DNA of 64,000 nt, taken from an uncultured bacterium. Its GTDB lineage: Bacteria > Chlamydiota > Chlamydiia > Chlamydiales > SM23-39. Made by a program: the position numbers and the translations under genes. The notes below the pieces were generated by a model that did no database searches, had not been told where the DNA came from, and was given only the letters and a program-made list of their open reading frames with translations. The DNA lies in NCBI GenBank assembly GCA_963716985.1, contig OY970323.1, positions 1,728,001-1,792,000 of the forward strand. The letters are read 5' to 3'. Shown one piece after another: positions 1 through 9,367 of this stretch (position 1 is its first letter; every line of letters begins with the position of its first letter).

Positions 1-2
1 TC

Positions 3-143
3 ACGGATGACGTGTCGCTCGTAGAATGCATGGGAAAGAGAGTAAAGGTCGTGCAGGGGTTTAGCGACAATATCAAAGTTACCTATCCAATTGACCTTCT
101 TCTGGCAGAAAAAATTTATGAAAAAAGAGAGAAAAAGATATAA
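3..143 (+). CDS. ispD: 2-C-methyl-D-erythritol 4-phosphate cytidylyltransferase, C-terminal part (5' end outside window)
   Basis: Manual translation TDDVSLVE...[10 protein letters not shown] matches the IspD TDD and NIKxT.P.D motifs; lies directly upstream of truA. Confidence 0.85.
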   Translation, partial: TDDVSLVECMGKRVKVVQGFSDNIKVTYPIDLLLAEKIYEKREKKI

Positions 144-882
144 ACTCACCATCAGCTATGATGGCACCCATTATTCCGGATGGCAAAAACAAACGGAGCG
201 GGTGGTTTCCATTCAATCGTTGATTCAAAAAGCGCTGGAAACTGTTTTAAGAGAAAAGATTTCCTTGCTTGGATCCGGAAGGACCGACGCGGGGGTTCAT
301 GCGCTGGCGCAAATTGCCCATTTCTCCACTGACGCCACTTTCCAAGAGGTGAAGTTGCGCCACAGTTTGAATTCGCTGCTGCCGAAAGATATCCGCATAC
401 ACAAAATCGAGAGCGTAGATGACCATTTTCATGCACGCTACTCTGCAATTGGAAAAACCTATCATTACCATTTGCAAACAAGTGCTGTGCAAAACCCCTT
501 TCGCAGGCTCTACGCCCTTCACGTTCCCTATCCGCTCGACATCCCTCTTCTCAAAGAAGCCGCCAACCATTTCGTCGGAACCCATGATTTTTCCTCTTTT
601 GCAAACGACGCCAAAAAAGGCGCGGCGGCAAAAAATGCCATTCGCACCATCAAAAAACTCGCTATCATCGAAGAAGAAAACAGCTTGCGGCTCGAATTTG
701 AAGGAAGTGGGTTTCTCTATAAGATGGTAAGAAATATCGTCGGCACGCTTCTGGAGATTGCAACCCACAAAATGCAGCTTAAAGATCTTCCCGCTCTCTT
801 TGCTGCCAAAGATCGAACACGCGCTCCCATGGCCGCTCCGGCCCACGGACTCTTCTTAGTAAAAGTCGATTATCCCAAGTGA
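118..882 (+). CDS. truA: tRNA pseudouridine(38-40) synthase
   Basis: [31 protein letters not shown] and APAHGLFL motifs; ATG at 118 chosen as start. Confidence 0.97.
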   Translation: MKKERKRYKLTISYDGTHYSGWQKQTERVVSIQSLIQKALETVLREKISLLGSGRTDAGVHALAQIAHFSTDATFQEVKLRHSLNSLLPKDIRIHKIESVDDHFHARYSAIGKTYHYHLQTSAVQNPFRRLYALHVPYPLDIPLLKEAANHFVGTHDFSSFANDAKKGAAAKNAIRTIKKLAIIEEENSLRLEFEGSGFLYKMVRNIVGTLLEIATHKMQLKDLPALFAAKDRTRAPMAAPAHGLFLVKVDYPK

Positions 883-1553
883 TCGTCGGGAATATCTTCT
901 AAAGAGGCATAGAGGATCACCTCTTTAGAAAAAGATCCGAGAATTTCCGGCGGCAAGGAAGAGATCATGACAATGGTAGCGGGCGTCTGCTGAAGCGCGG
1001 CAATTCCTCTCGGTGCATCTTCAAAACCAATGATGCGGCCCCCCTTTTTTCCGTAAAGAGAAATGGCGCGCAGATACCCTTCAGGGCTTGGCTTGGATTC
1101 CAGAAAATCTTCTCTCGTAATCCAATGGGGAATCGTCTTGAGAGGGGGAAGGGTATGCTTGATGAGATCGGTCTGGATTTTCGTGGAGTTGGTCACAACA
1201 CAGCGGGCAATGTTTGCCTTTTGCAGCTCTCTCAAAAGTCTTTCCACTCCGGGCATCAGCTCGATTTTCGATAAAGACAAAAGCTCTTCATAACGCCTTT
1301 TCTTTTCTGCATAAAGAACAGACCAGAGAAGCTCTTTTTCTTGCAGGCCCGGAAAAGTGTCCCAAAGGGCATCGCGAAGTGCTTCGGTATTGGGAGAGTG
1401 GGCGTAAGAGCAATAGGTCGAAAAGGACCAGTTCAAATCATATCCCCAGCGGCTGCACATATCTTTATATGCCTGAAATTGAATATTTTCCGTATTGACC
1501 AAAAGTCCATCAAAATCAAACAAGAACAACTGGTATTCATGAATCCATTGCAT
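870..1553 (-). CDS. HAD-superfamily phosphatase
   Basis: FDFDGLLVN motif I, VTNS, KPSPEGY, GFEDA; start moved to MQWIH. Confidence 0.9.
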   Translation of the reverse strand: MQWIHEYQLFLFDFDGLLVNTENIQFQAYKDMCSRWGYDLNWSFSTYCSYAHSPNTEALRDALWDTFPGLQEKELLWSVLYAEKKRRYEELLSLSKIELMPGVERLLRELQKANIARCVVTNSTKIQTDLIKHTLPPLKTIPHWITREDFLESKPSPEGYLRAISLYGKKGGRIIGFEDAPRGIAALQQTPATIVMISSLPPEILGSFSKEVILYASLEDIPDDHLG

Positions 1554-1652
1554 CGCTTTTCCTATCTGGAAAGAGTATAGGGCATTTGGTGAAATTGAAG
1601 AAGAGTTGACATGTTTTTCCTCGGAGGATAAACAAAAAAAGAAAGGGTCTTT

Positions 1653-3554
1653 GTGCAGCTCGATCGAAAAATTCACATCAATTATCCATTTTTTGCCACT
1701 TTTTTTGTTTTCCTTCTTTTTTCCAGTTTTTTAAACATCTCGCTCGTTGTCCATCCCTTTTCCGCATTAAAAGCCTTTTTTTTTATCAATTCTTTGGCTG
1801 AAGATGCCATCGAGATCGCCCTGCTGATCTTTCTCACCCACTTTCTTGAAAAACATCTCTTCCGCAAAGGATTCCTTTGCTATCTGGCGCTCCTCTTTTT
1901 CCTCTGGATCATTCACCTGGTGGATTTTTTGCTCGTCCGGATGATGGATCTGAGTTTTCCCGAAGCGCTCAATTTCATACTCGATGAAACGCTTACCTCA
2001 TTTTTAGAGCTTCTCAAAGCCGCCAACATTTCTCTCTCATTTTGGCTTCTCATAGGACTTGGCTCTCTCTTCCTTCCGTTTCTCGGCATACTTGTCTACC
2101 AGGGAACCGATTGGCTGGCGAAGAAAAAACCTCTTCTCGTGTCTCAGAGCTCTTTTTTTCTCGTCATTTTTCTTCTGCCCCTCTCTCTTTTCTTTTGGAA
2201 TTTTTCCCACTCCTGGGCCATCCATCCAAGTCTCTTTCAACCCCTGCAAAAAGCCATGCCCTGGAAAACCCCCCTCTTTCATTTTTCCTCCCCAACGTTT
2301 TCTTTCAAGGGAAGTTTGAAAAATCGTTTGAAAAACGATCTCCCAAGTCTTGCCACATCCTGCCCCTCCCTTCAGGAAAAGGCCAATATCTATCTCTTTA
2401 TCATAGAAAGTTTGAGAGAAGATTTTATTACCGAGCAGAACACTCCCCATATCTTCCAATTTAAAAAACAAGAGCTCTCCTTTGATCTGGCACTTTCAAG
2501 CTCTAACGCAACGCACAACTCCTGGTTTTCCATCTTGCATGGCAAATATCCCTTCTTCTGGGCAGAGTTCAAAAAAAACCCCGCAGAAAGGGGATCTTCT
2601 TTCCTGCGCATTCTGAAAAACGTTGGCTACAAAACCCATCTTTATGCAGCTGCCGAACTTGATTATTACGGAATGAAAGAGCTGCTTTTTGGCACGGACC
2701 TCTCCCTGCTCCACGCAGCAAATTTTTTCCCCCATCACCCCACCTCTTTCATCTATCAATGCGATCAAAGGGCGATCGATGGGCTGTGTAGGGATTTGGC
2801 GCAAAAAGAGAGGGCGGAAAAGAGCTGTTTTATCACTTTTCTCGACTCCACCCATTTTCCCTATAGCTGGCCTCATGAAAAGACCCATTTTTTTCCAATA
2901 GAGAGCGAGATGTCTTGTTTTTCCGCTTGTCCGTCTGCTTATCGATTAGAAATCATTAAAAATCGCTATCGAAATGCCCTGCATGGGGTCGATGAGCTCT
3001 TTGGAACATTCATCGAAACGCTCAAAGAAAAAAACCTCTACGAGGAGGCGATTATCGTAATTACGGCAGATCATGGAGAAGAGTTCTTTGAACAGGGCCA
3101 TCTTTTTCATGCCTCGCATCTTTCTAATGAACAAACCCATATCCCGCTCTACATGAAACTTGGAAAAGTGGAAAAGAAAGAGATTCCCCCCTCCAATCAA
3201 ACGATCATTTCCCATGTCGACATTCTTCCCACGCTCTACCACTATCTTTTTAAAGATCTTCCTCCAAAAAACTTATATGACGGCCAGTCCATCTTCGATC
3301 CTAACAAACACCACTTCGCGCTCTCTTCCAGATTCAACGCAAGTAGAGCTCCTTATGAATTTTTTCTTCACGACGGAGAGAAAAAGCTGCTCCTTCGATT
3401 CAAAGATCAAAAAGCAATCTTTGAGACGCCCAAGATCGAATTTCTTCTCCTCAAGGACCGCAAAGACGAAATCCAGCTTTCCACTCCGGAAGAGGTTAAG
3501 AGAGAGGTCAACGAAAGATTTCAAGAGGCCTTTCAAAAAATCTTCTCTCCTTAA
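1653..3554 (+). CDS. Membrane-anchored sulfatase-like/alkaline-phosphatase-fold protein (YejM/LtaS-like), paralog 1
   Basis: About 5 N-terminal TM helices; NIYLFIIESLR, DSTHFPY, TADHGEEF and SHVDILPT motifs. Confidence 0.85.
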   Translation: MQLDRKIHINYPFFATFFVFLLFSSFLNISLVVHPFSALKAFFFINSLAEDAIEIALLIFLTHFLEKHLFRKGFLCYLALLFFLWIIHLVDFLLVRMMDLSFPEALNFILDETLTSFLELLKAANISLSFWLLIGLGSLFLPFLGILVYQGTDWLAKKKPLLVSQSSFFLVIFLLPLSLFFWNFSHSWAIHPSLFQPLQKAMPWKTPLFHFSSPTFSFKGSLKNRLKNDLPSLATSCPSLQEKANIYLFIIESLREDFITEQNTPHIFQFKKQELSFDLALSSSNATHNSWFSILHGKYPFFWAEFKKNPAERGSSFLRILKNVGYKTHLYAAAELDYYGMKELLFGTDLSLLHAANFFPHHPTSFIYQCDQRAIDGLCRDLAQKERAEKSCFITFLDSTHFPYSWPHEKTHFFPIESEMSCFSACPSAYRLEIIKNRYRNALHGVDELFGTFIETLKEKNLYEEAIIVITADHGEEFFEQGHLFHASHLSNEQTHIPLYMKLGKVEKKEIPPSNQTIISHVDILPTLYHYLFKDLPPKNLYDGQSIFDPNKHHFALSSRFNASRAPYEFFLHDGEKKLLLRFKDQKAIFETPKIEFLLLKDRKDEIQLSTPEEVKREVNERFQEAFQKIFSP

Positions 3555-3656
3555 ATAGAGGCCTTATTAGCAGCGAACAGGAATAATTTCATAGAAAAAA
3601 ACCCCTCCGTTTGGCATAATTTTTTCCACTTTTTAAAAAAAAATAACAGGAGTTTT

Positions 3657-4073
3657 ATGTCGCAATTAGCCATCCCTGAACATAGATTTTTTCAAGGGGA
3701 AAATCCAAGAGAACCAACTTTTTTTTCCCGTTCAACTGGTTCTAGTCAAGTTCGAGTTCTCAAGGTCACACCTATTTCTCCCACTCCAGACTTTCCCATA
3801 CCCATGGATCCCCTTATGATTAAACCTATCGGAATCCTTATGTTCAGACTTTTGGATGCCGTTTTTAAAGGAAAAGCGCAACCATTCATCGAAAACAATG
3901 GACAACTCGTGTTCGTCAACACACCGCCTATGCCCAAATTGGTTCGTGATCTAGGGGGAGAAACAACTACTGTTGAGATCAATAATCCTAAAGTGCGTTC
4001 TATTGTCGATGAACTCTTTCGATTATATCCACCTCAGGTCAAACAAATTTGCATCGCATCGTCGTTAGAATAA
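3657..4073 (+). CDS. Hypothetical protein, tandem paralog A
   Basis: ACAGGAG RBS; N- and C-termini shared with 4279..4704. Confidence 0.8.
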   Translation: MSQLAIPEHRFFQGENPREPTFFSRSTGSSQVRVLKVTPISPTPDFPIPMDPLMIKPIGILMFRLLDAVFKGKAQPFIENNGQLVFVNTPPMPKLVRDLGGETTTVEINNPKVRSIVDELFRLYPPQVKQICIASSLE

Positions 4074-4278
4074 CCCGCAAAAAACTGGGGACGATTTTTT
4101 ATCGTATCGTCCCTGGATTCTTTTCAGAGAAAGCGGATTTTGCATCTTCCAGTGAAGCAATGTTCTTCAAAATATCCTTGCGGCCCGTCTTTGCAGAAAA
4201 AAGAGATTATTTCATAGAAAAAAACTTCTCCTTTTGGCATAATCTTTTCAATTTTTAAAAAAAAATAACAGGAGTTTT

Positions 4279-4704
4279 ATGTCGCAATTAGCCGTCCGTA
4301 AATATAGATTTTTTCAAGAAGAAAACCCAAAAGATGCAAGTTTTTTTTCCCTTTCAACAGGTTCTGCTCAAGTGCGAGTCCTCAAGGTCACACCTCTACC
4401 CTCCCCTAAATACACGAATCCATCCGATCTTAGGCGCATCGGAATCCTTGCGAGCAGAATTTTGAGTTTCTCGCTTCAAGGAAAAGTGAAACTTTTCATC
4501 GAAAAAAATGAACGACTTGTGCTCATCAGATCAACGGATGGGCAGCCTTTTAACAATTGTATTCATATTCAAGGAAAAGTAAGAATTTATGCTGCGATCG
4601 AAGATCCAATCCTTGCGAATAGAGTAAATTCCATTATCGACGAACTCTTTCGATTATATCCAGATCAAGTCACACAAATTTGCATCGCATCGTCGTTAGA
4701 ATAA
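4279..4704 (+). CDS. Hypothetical protein, tandem paralog B
   Basis: Same upstream region and RBS as paralog A; shared MSQLA...QVRVLKVTP and DELFRLYP.QV.QICIASSLE. Confidence 0.8.
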   Translation: MSQLAVRKYRFFQEENPKDASFFSLSTGSAQVRVLKVTPLPSPKYTNPSDLRRIGILASRILSFSLQGKVKLFIEKNERLVLIRSTDGQPFNNCIHIQGKVRIYAAIEDPILANRVNSIIDELFRLYPDQVTQICIASSLE

Positions 4705-4730
4705 CCCGCAAAAAACTGGGGACGATCTTT

Positions 4731-6143
4731 TTACCTTATCGTCCCTGGATTCTTTTCAGAGAAAGCAGATTGTGAACCTTCCAATGAAGCAATGTTCTCC
4801 AAAATATCCATAAGGCCCGCCTTTCTTCCGATGATCTTTTTTTGCGAATCAAAAATGAGAAGCGTCGGCATCTCTCGAACGCCATATTTTTCGGCAAGGG
4901 CCAACTGATCATCAACATCGATTTTCAACAACTTGACCCTTCCTTGAAACTCTTTGATTTTTTGATCCAAAAGAGGGGCAAGTCTTTTGCAAGGAGGGCA
5001 CCACTTGGCATAAAAATCGACCAGGACAATGCCTGAAAATTCCTTGAGCTCGTTTTGGAACTGCAATGCATCTGTAATTTCTACGACGAAGGAGGATCTC
5101 TTTTTTTCTTCTTGCATTGCTTTCATCTGTTGTTTTGGAGGAGAAAAAGCGGCAATGTACTGCTCCGCTTGTATAGCGGCAATCGCTCCCCCTGCGGCAG
5201 AAGTGATGGCCTGCTTGTACAACGGATCGGCGATGTCTCCTACTGCAAAAATGCCGCTTTGCGAAGTTTCTTGCCCTTTTTTGAGAAGGATATATCCTTC
5301 CGCATCGAGCTCTAACTGCCCTTTAAAAAGCTCCGTGTTGGGATGAGACCCAATACCTAAGAACACACCATCCACCGGAAGAGTCGTTTTTTTCTGAGAG
5401 GCCGTTTGAATCAAAAGGCGAGACACCCTCTGGTTTCCACCCTCGATGGCTAAGACCGTCGTATCAAAAAGGACATGAACGTTTTTTTTCTTCAAAACCG
5501 CCTCTTTTCTTTTCTCGTCTTTTACCTGAAAGCCGTTTTTTCGAACGATGAGGGTGACCTTTTCACATAGAGAAGAGAGATATTCCGCTTCTAAAATAGC
5601 CGCATCGCCCCCTCCAACGACGGCCACTTTTTTCCCCCGATAAAAAGCTCCATCGCAAAGTGCGCAGTGGGAAACACCCCTTCCCCAATACTCCTTCTCT
5701 CCGGGAACGGAAAGACGGTTGGGGGAAGCTCCCATTGCAATGACGCAGGAGGAGGCGTAAATCTCCCGCGTCTTTTGGTCCAATAATCCTCTCGCCACAA
5801 TTTTGAAAGGCTTTTGGGTAAAATCGACTTGCACGACCTCTTCAGGAAACATGCGCGCGCCAAAACCCTCAGCCTGTTTTTTTATTTTTTCGATCAAAGA
5901 TGCGCCGGAAATGTTCGTCTCTCCCGGCCAGTTTTCCACACAGTGTGCTTGCAGAAGAGCGCCTCCGGCGTCTTTCCCCTCGATCACATAGGGAGTGATG
6001 CCTCCTCTGCTTAAATAAAGCGCCGATGAAAGGCCTCCGACCCCTCCTCCTAAAACCACAACAGGCAACACTTCTTTCTCGGCAAAAGAGAAGCTAGAGA
6101 AAGACAAAAAGAAAAGAAAGAAAATCCAGCGATGTGAGCGCAT
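4731..6143 (-). CDS. trxB: Thioredoxin reductase fused to C-terminal thioredoxin, with N-terminal signal-peptide-like segment
   Basis: GGGVGG FAD site, CALCDG, VGGGD.A, FAVGDIAD..YKQAITSA; WCPPC thioredoxin domain. Confidence 0.9.
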   Translation of the reverse strand: MRSHRWIFFLFFLSFSSFSFAEKEVLPVVVLGGGVGGLSSALYLSRGGITPYVIEGKDAGGALLQAHCVENWPGETNISGASLIEKIKKQAEGFGARMFPEEVVQVDFTQKPFKIVARGLLDQKTREIYASSCVIAMGASPNRLSVPGEKEYWGRGVSHCALCDGAFYRGKKVAVVGGGDAAILEAEYLSSLCEKVTLIVRKNGFQVKDEKRKEAVLKKKNVHVLFDTTVLAIEGGNQRVSRLLIQTASQKKTTLPVDGVFLGIGSHPNTELFKGQLELDAEGYILLKKGQETSQSGIFAVGDIADPLYKQAITSAAGGAIAAIQAEQYIAAFSPPKQQMKAMQEEKKRSSFVVEITDALQFQNELKEFSGIVLVDFYAKWCPPCKRLAPLLDQKIKEFQGRVKLLKIDVDDQLALAEKYGVREMPTLLIFDSQKKIIGRKAGLMDILENIASLEGSQSAFSEKNPGTIR

Positions 6144-6244
6144 CTAATTCCCAGGGGCTTTGATAACGGATCCATTTTACTAAAAAAACATTTAAGATTT
6201 TAACAAATCTTGAGAAAAAAAAGAAAACTGCTACACTTCTACTT

Positions 6245-8083
6245 ATGTTTCAAAAATTCTCTTTTAATTATCTATATTTTGGTTTTCTTTTCACTCTCTT
6301 CTCCCTGCTGCATTTTCTCTCTCTTCCCATGACAAAAGAAGGGCTTTTATTTCTGGGCGAATCTCTCTGTCAGACAACGCTTAGCATTTTCGCTTTGATC
6401 GCAGCCACGCTCTTGATCGAAAAGAAATGCTCTTTTTTTTACAAGCCCTGGATTGCCCTTCTTTTTTTCCTGCCGCTTCTCTATCTCATTGATTTCTTTC
6501 TTCTCTCCCTTATGGATGCTCCTCTGTCTCATGGAATCAACATCTTTCTCGGACAAGGAATCGGAAAACTTTTCGTCTCTCTTCGGGCCGCCAACATCAA
6601 TACGCCTCTTCTTGTCTTTATTTCCATCACCCTTCTCTCTCTGCCGCTATTGGCTCTTTGGATCGACTATCGGACCAAAAAATACACGCAAAAAAGGCCC
6701 CTCTATCTCTCTTGTTCGCATCTATTGAAATTCTTCGTTTTTTTTTCTGCCTTGCTGATGGTGTTCGACTATTCGATTTGTAAAACACTCTCTCTTTCCC
6801 ATCTGAGCCGCTTGGAGCGCCGGCTGCCTTGGGGAACGACCCTTTTTTCTCCGCCGCCTCTTTCTCTGATCTCCTTCGCCGATGCCCTCAACCGCCCTCT
6901 AGAGGAAAAGATCCCGTCCTTGCAATCGAAAGAGAATCTGCCAAACATCTACCTTTTTATTGTGGAATCGTTAAGAAACGATGCCATCACGGAAAAAACG
7001 GCCGCCCGTCTTTTTTCCTTTCAAAAGCAGAACATTTCTCTGCCCATGACCTTTGCTTCTGCCAATTTTTCCCCGATCTCATGGTTTTCGATTTTTCATG
7101 GACGCTTTCCGATCTATTGGAGAGAAAGGTTAGAAAAAAAAGGAAGCCTTCCTCTTTCTCTTCTCAAACAATTGGGTTATAAAATACACCTTTTTTCTTC
7201 TGCCGAACTCGAATATTTCCACATGGATGAATCGATTTTTGGGCCCGATCATCAACTGGCCGACGAATATTGCGCTCTTCCCCAAGAGATGGAGGTTTGC
7301 GCAAGAGATGCACAAGCGATCTCTCTTTTGCAAAACGCTCTTTGCCAAAAAGAAAATGGGAATGGCAACTGCTTCATTATTTTTCTAGACTCTACCCATT
7401 CGGAATATAGCTGGCCGAAAAACTTTCCGCCGCTTTTCGCCCCCTTCTCCTCCACCATCCCCTACCTTTTCTTAAGCCAAAGCCGCTCGTTTCTCCCCTG
7501 CGTCAAGAATCGCTATTACAATGCCATCCATTATATCGATCATCTTTTCGGATCTTTTTTAGACACGCTCAAGGAAAACCACTTAAGCGATTCTTCGATC
7601 ATCGTTTTCACAGCAGATCACGGAGAAGAGTTTTTTGAAGAGGGCGCTCTTTTTCACGGCACGCATCTCAACAATCCCCAAACGCGCATTCCGATCTATT
7701 ATCAATTTCCCAAGTGCGACTTAAAAGTCCAAACGGAAATGACCTCTCATATTGACATTTTTCCAACGCTGCTCCACTTCGTCTCGCAAGATCCCTCCCT
7801 CTCCTCTCTCTTCGACGGAGCTTCTCTCTTTGCTTCCGCTCGATGGCCCTATATCCTCACCGTGCATCAAAACGGAGGAAAGACTCCCTACATCATTTCC
7901 CTGCTCCACGAAAAGGGGCGTTTGATCGGAAAGCTGAAAAAAAATATTTTTGAGTCCAAGCAGTTTGAAATCATCTCCCTGAAAAACTTAAAAGATGAAG
8001 AGATAGAAAAAAACGACCCCTCGTTTCAAGAGCTGACGGGGGAGTTTTCCGATGTTTTCGCTCCCTTCTTCCGAAAAAGATGA
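6245..8083 (+). CDS. Membrane-anchored sulfatase-like protein, paralog 2
   Basis: NIYLFIVESLR, DSTHSEY, TADHGEEF, SHIDIFPT; colinear with 1653..3554. Confidence 0.85.
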   Translation: MFQKFSFNYLYFGFLFTLFSLLHFLSLPMTKEGLLFLGESLCQTTLSIFALIAATLLIEKKCSFFYKPWIALLFFLPLLYLIDFFLLSLMDAPLSHGINIFLGQGIGKLFVSLRAANINTPLLVFISITLLSLPLLALWIDYRTKKYTQKRPLYLSCSHLLKFFVFFSALLMVFDYSICKTLSLSHLSRLERRLPWGTTLFSPPPLSLISFADALNRPLEEKIPSLQSKENLPNIYLFIVESLRNDAITEKTAARLFSFQKQNISLPMTFASANFSPISWFSIFHGRFPIYWRERLEKKGSLPLSLLKQLGYKIHLFSSAELEYFHMDESIFGPDHQLADEYCALPQEMEVCARDAQAISLLQNALCQKENGNGNCFIIFLDSTHSEYSWPKNFPPLFAPFSSTIPYLFLSQSRSFLPCVKNRYYNAIHYIDHLFGSFLDTLKENHLSDSSIIVFTADHGEEFFEEGALFHGTHLNNPQTRIPIYYQFPKCDLKVQTEMTSHIDIFPTLLHFVSQDPSLSSLFDGASLFASARWPYILTVHQNGGKTPYIISLLHEKGRLIGKLKKNIFESKQFEIISLKNLKDEEIEKNDPSFQELTGEFSDVFAPFFRKR

Positions 8084-8084
8084 C

Positions 8085-9146
8085 TCATTTTGACTTCGGA
8101 TTAAATTCCTTGAGAAGCCCATCCGCACTATCGGTAAAGGCCATCCATGTCTCCCTTGCTTCCGTGCCTTGCAAAGAATTGACATAACCCGCCAAATTTC
8201 TTGCCTCTTTCCAAAGAGTCACTTGAGGAGATTCTTGAAGAGGGAAAAAATAATCATAAATCTTCAGGTAGAGGGGAGATTCTCTATCAATGACAGGGCC
8301 GCAATCGTCGGGAATCTGTTCTAGTTCTCGCAGTAGGGAAAACCTTTCTTTTTCTCTTCGGGGAAGGTTGCGGAAATTTTTTTGCAGTCGTTGCATTTCT
8401 GCGATTTTCGGAAAAAAAATGCGAGGAAGATTTTTCCAGGTAGGTTTTGTGGAAGAGCGAAGAATACATTCGACCATCACCCGAAAGCATTCTTCTAGCG
8501 TAGCCGGTTCTGATCCGCTCACTTCTTGTAGATAACTTTGCTTCGTCACAATGGGTCTTTCCGTCTCTCGCGCAGGCGCAGGAGCTCTCCTTGAAAAAAA
8601 ATTCTTGAACACCGTCAAAAATTTCTCACCAGCTGTAGGAGGGGAAGGCTGAGAGGGCAAAGGACGGACGTGATTTCTTAGGACGGCTTGGCAGAAAAGC
8701 GCTCTCTGTTCGGCTGTTTCGATTCTTTTGCCCTCCGCCCAGCTATCAAACAGTGGAACGATTTTGTTATACACAAGGCACATTCCGCCCATCCCTAAGA
8801 GGATTTGCGCCCAAGTCTTCGATCCGATAGCAACACCTCCGAAAAGTCCGCAAAGAGGAAGGGCTACGTAGACTATTTTGCTGATTTTTTCCCCTCTCTT
8901 GCCCTCCGCCCATCTCCACAACCGCTGAACGATCTTAACACCAAGGTACATCCCGCCCATTCCTAAGGGGATATGCGCCCAACTCTTCGATCCGATACCG
9001 GCACCTCCAAATAGTCCAAAAAGAGGAATGACCATCCAGGCATAATTTCTGATTTTGTCAATCGTCGATGGACGTCTATTTTGTTCATAGAGTTGCATGG
9101 GATCTGCCACAACCGTTAATCCTCTGTCGACGACACTCTGAGCCAC
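8085..9146 (-). CDS. Hypothetical membrane protein with duplicated hydrophobic hairpin (Inc-like candidate)
   Basis: GGAGG RBS; two repeats PL.GLFGG..IGSK.WA.I.LGMGGM.L...WAEGKR. Confidence 0.7.
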   Translation of the reverse strand: MAQSVVDRGLTVVADPMQLYEQNRRPSTIDKIRNYAWMVIPLFGLFGGAGIGSKSWAHIPLGMGGMYLGVKIVQRLWRWAEGKRGEKISKIVYVALPLCGLFGGVAIGSKTWAQILLGMGGMCLVYNKIVPLFDSWAEGKRIETAEQRALFCQAVLRNHVRPLPSQPSPPTAGEKFLTVFKNFFSRRAPAPARETERPIVTKQSYLQEVSGSEPATLEECFRVMVECILRSSTKPTWKNLPRIFFPKIAEMQRLQKNFRNLPRREKERFSLLRELEQIPDDCGPVIDRESPLYLKIYDYFFPLQESPQVTLWKEARNLAGYVNSLQGTEARETWMAFTDSADGLLKEFNPKSK

Positions 9147-9307
9147 ACCCCCCTCCTTTTTTCAAATCAATTTTAGCTAGATAGATTACCAGCTCTCAAA
9201 AGAAAAATACAAGATTTTGCGAACAGAGCGAAGAATCGAAGTTTCTTCCCCTTATTCGATCTTTTTTATATCCGCAAACTACTAACGATTACTCACATAT
9301 ATAAATC

Positions 9308-9356
9308 AATCGATAGCTCGATTAATTTTGCGGTTTTTTTAATCGACTGATCGATT
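9308..9356. promoter_or_regulatory. Pair of 16-bp palindromes AATCGA-N4-TCGATT, putative operators
   Basis: 9308-9323 and 9341-9356, directly upstream of the ATPase ORF. Confidence 0.55.
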
Positions 9357-9367
9357 AAAATAAGGTT

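Larger units (their letters stand above)
3580..4825. repeat. Tandem duplication with unit of about 620 bp (upstream region + ORF + copy of trxB 3' end)
   Basis: TTTCATAGAAAAAAAC...TTGGCATAAT upstream of both ORFs; 4074-4190 resembles 4705-4822. Confidence 0.85.

Noticed and set aside
3605..3630. Sigma54 promoter (TTGGCA) upstream of the tandem orphan genes
   Set aside because: No GC at the required GG-N10-GC spacing in either copy
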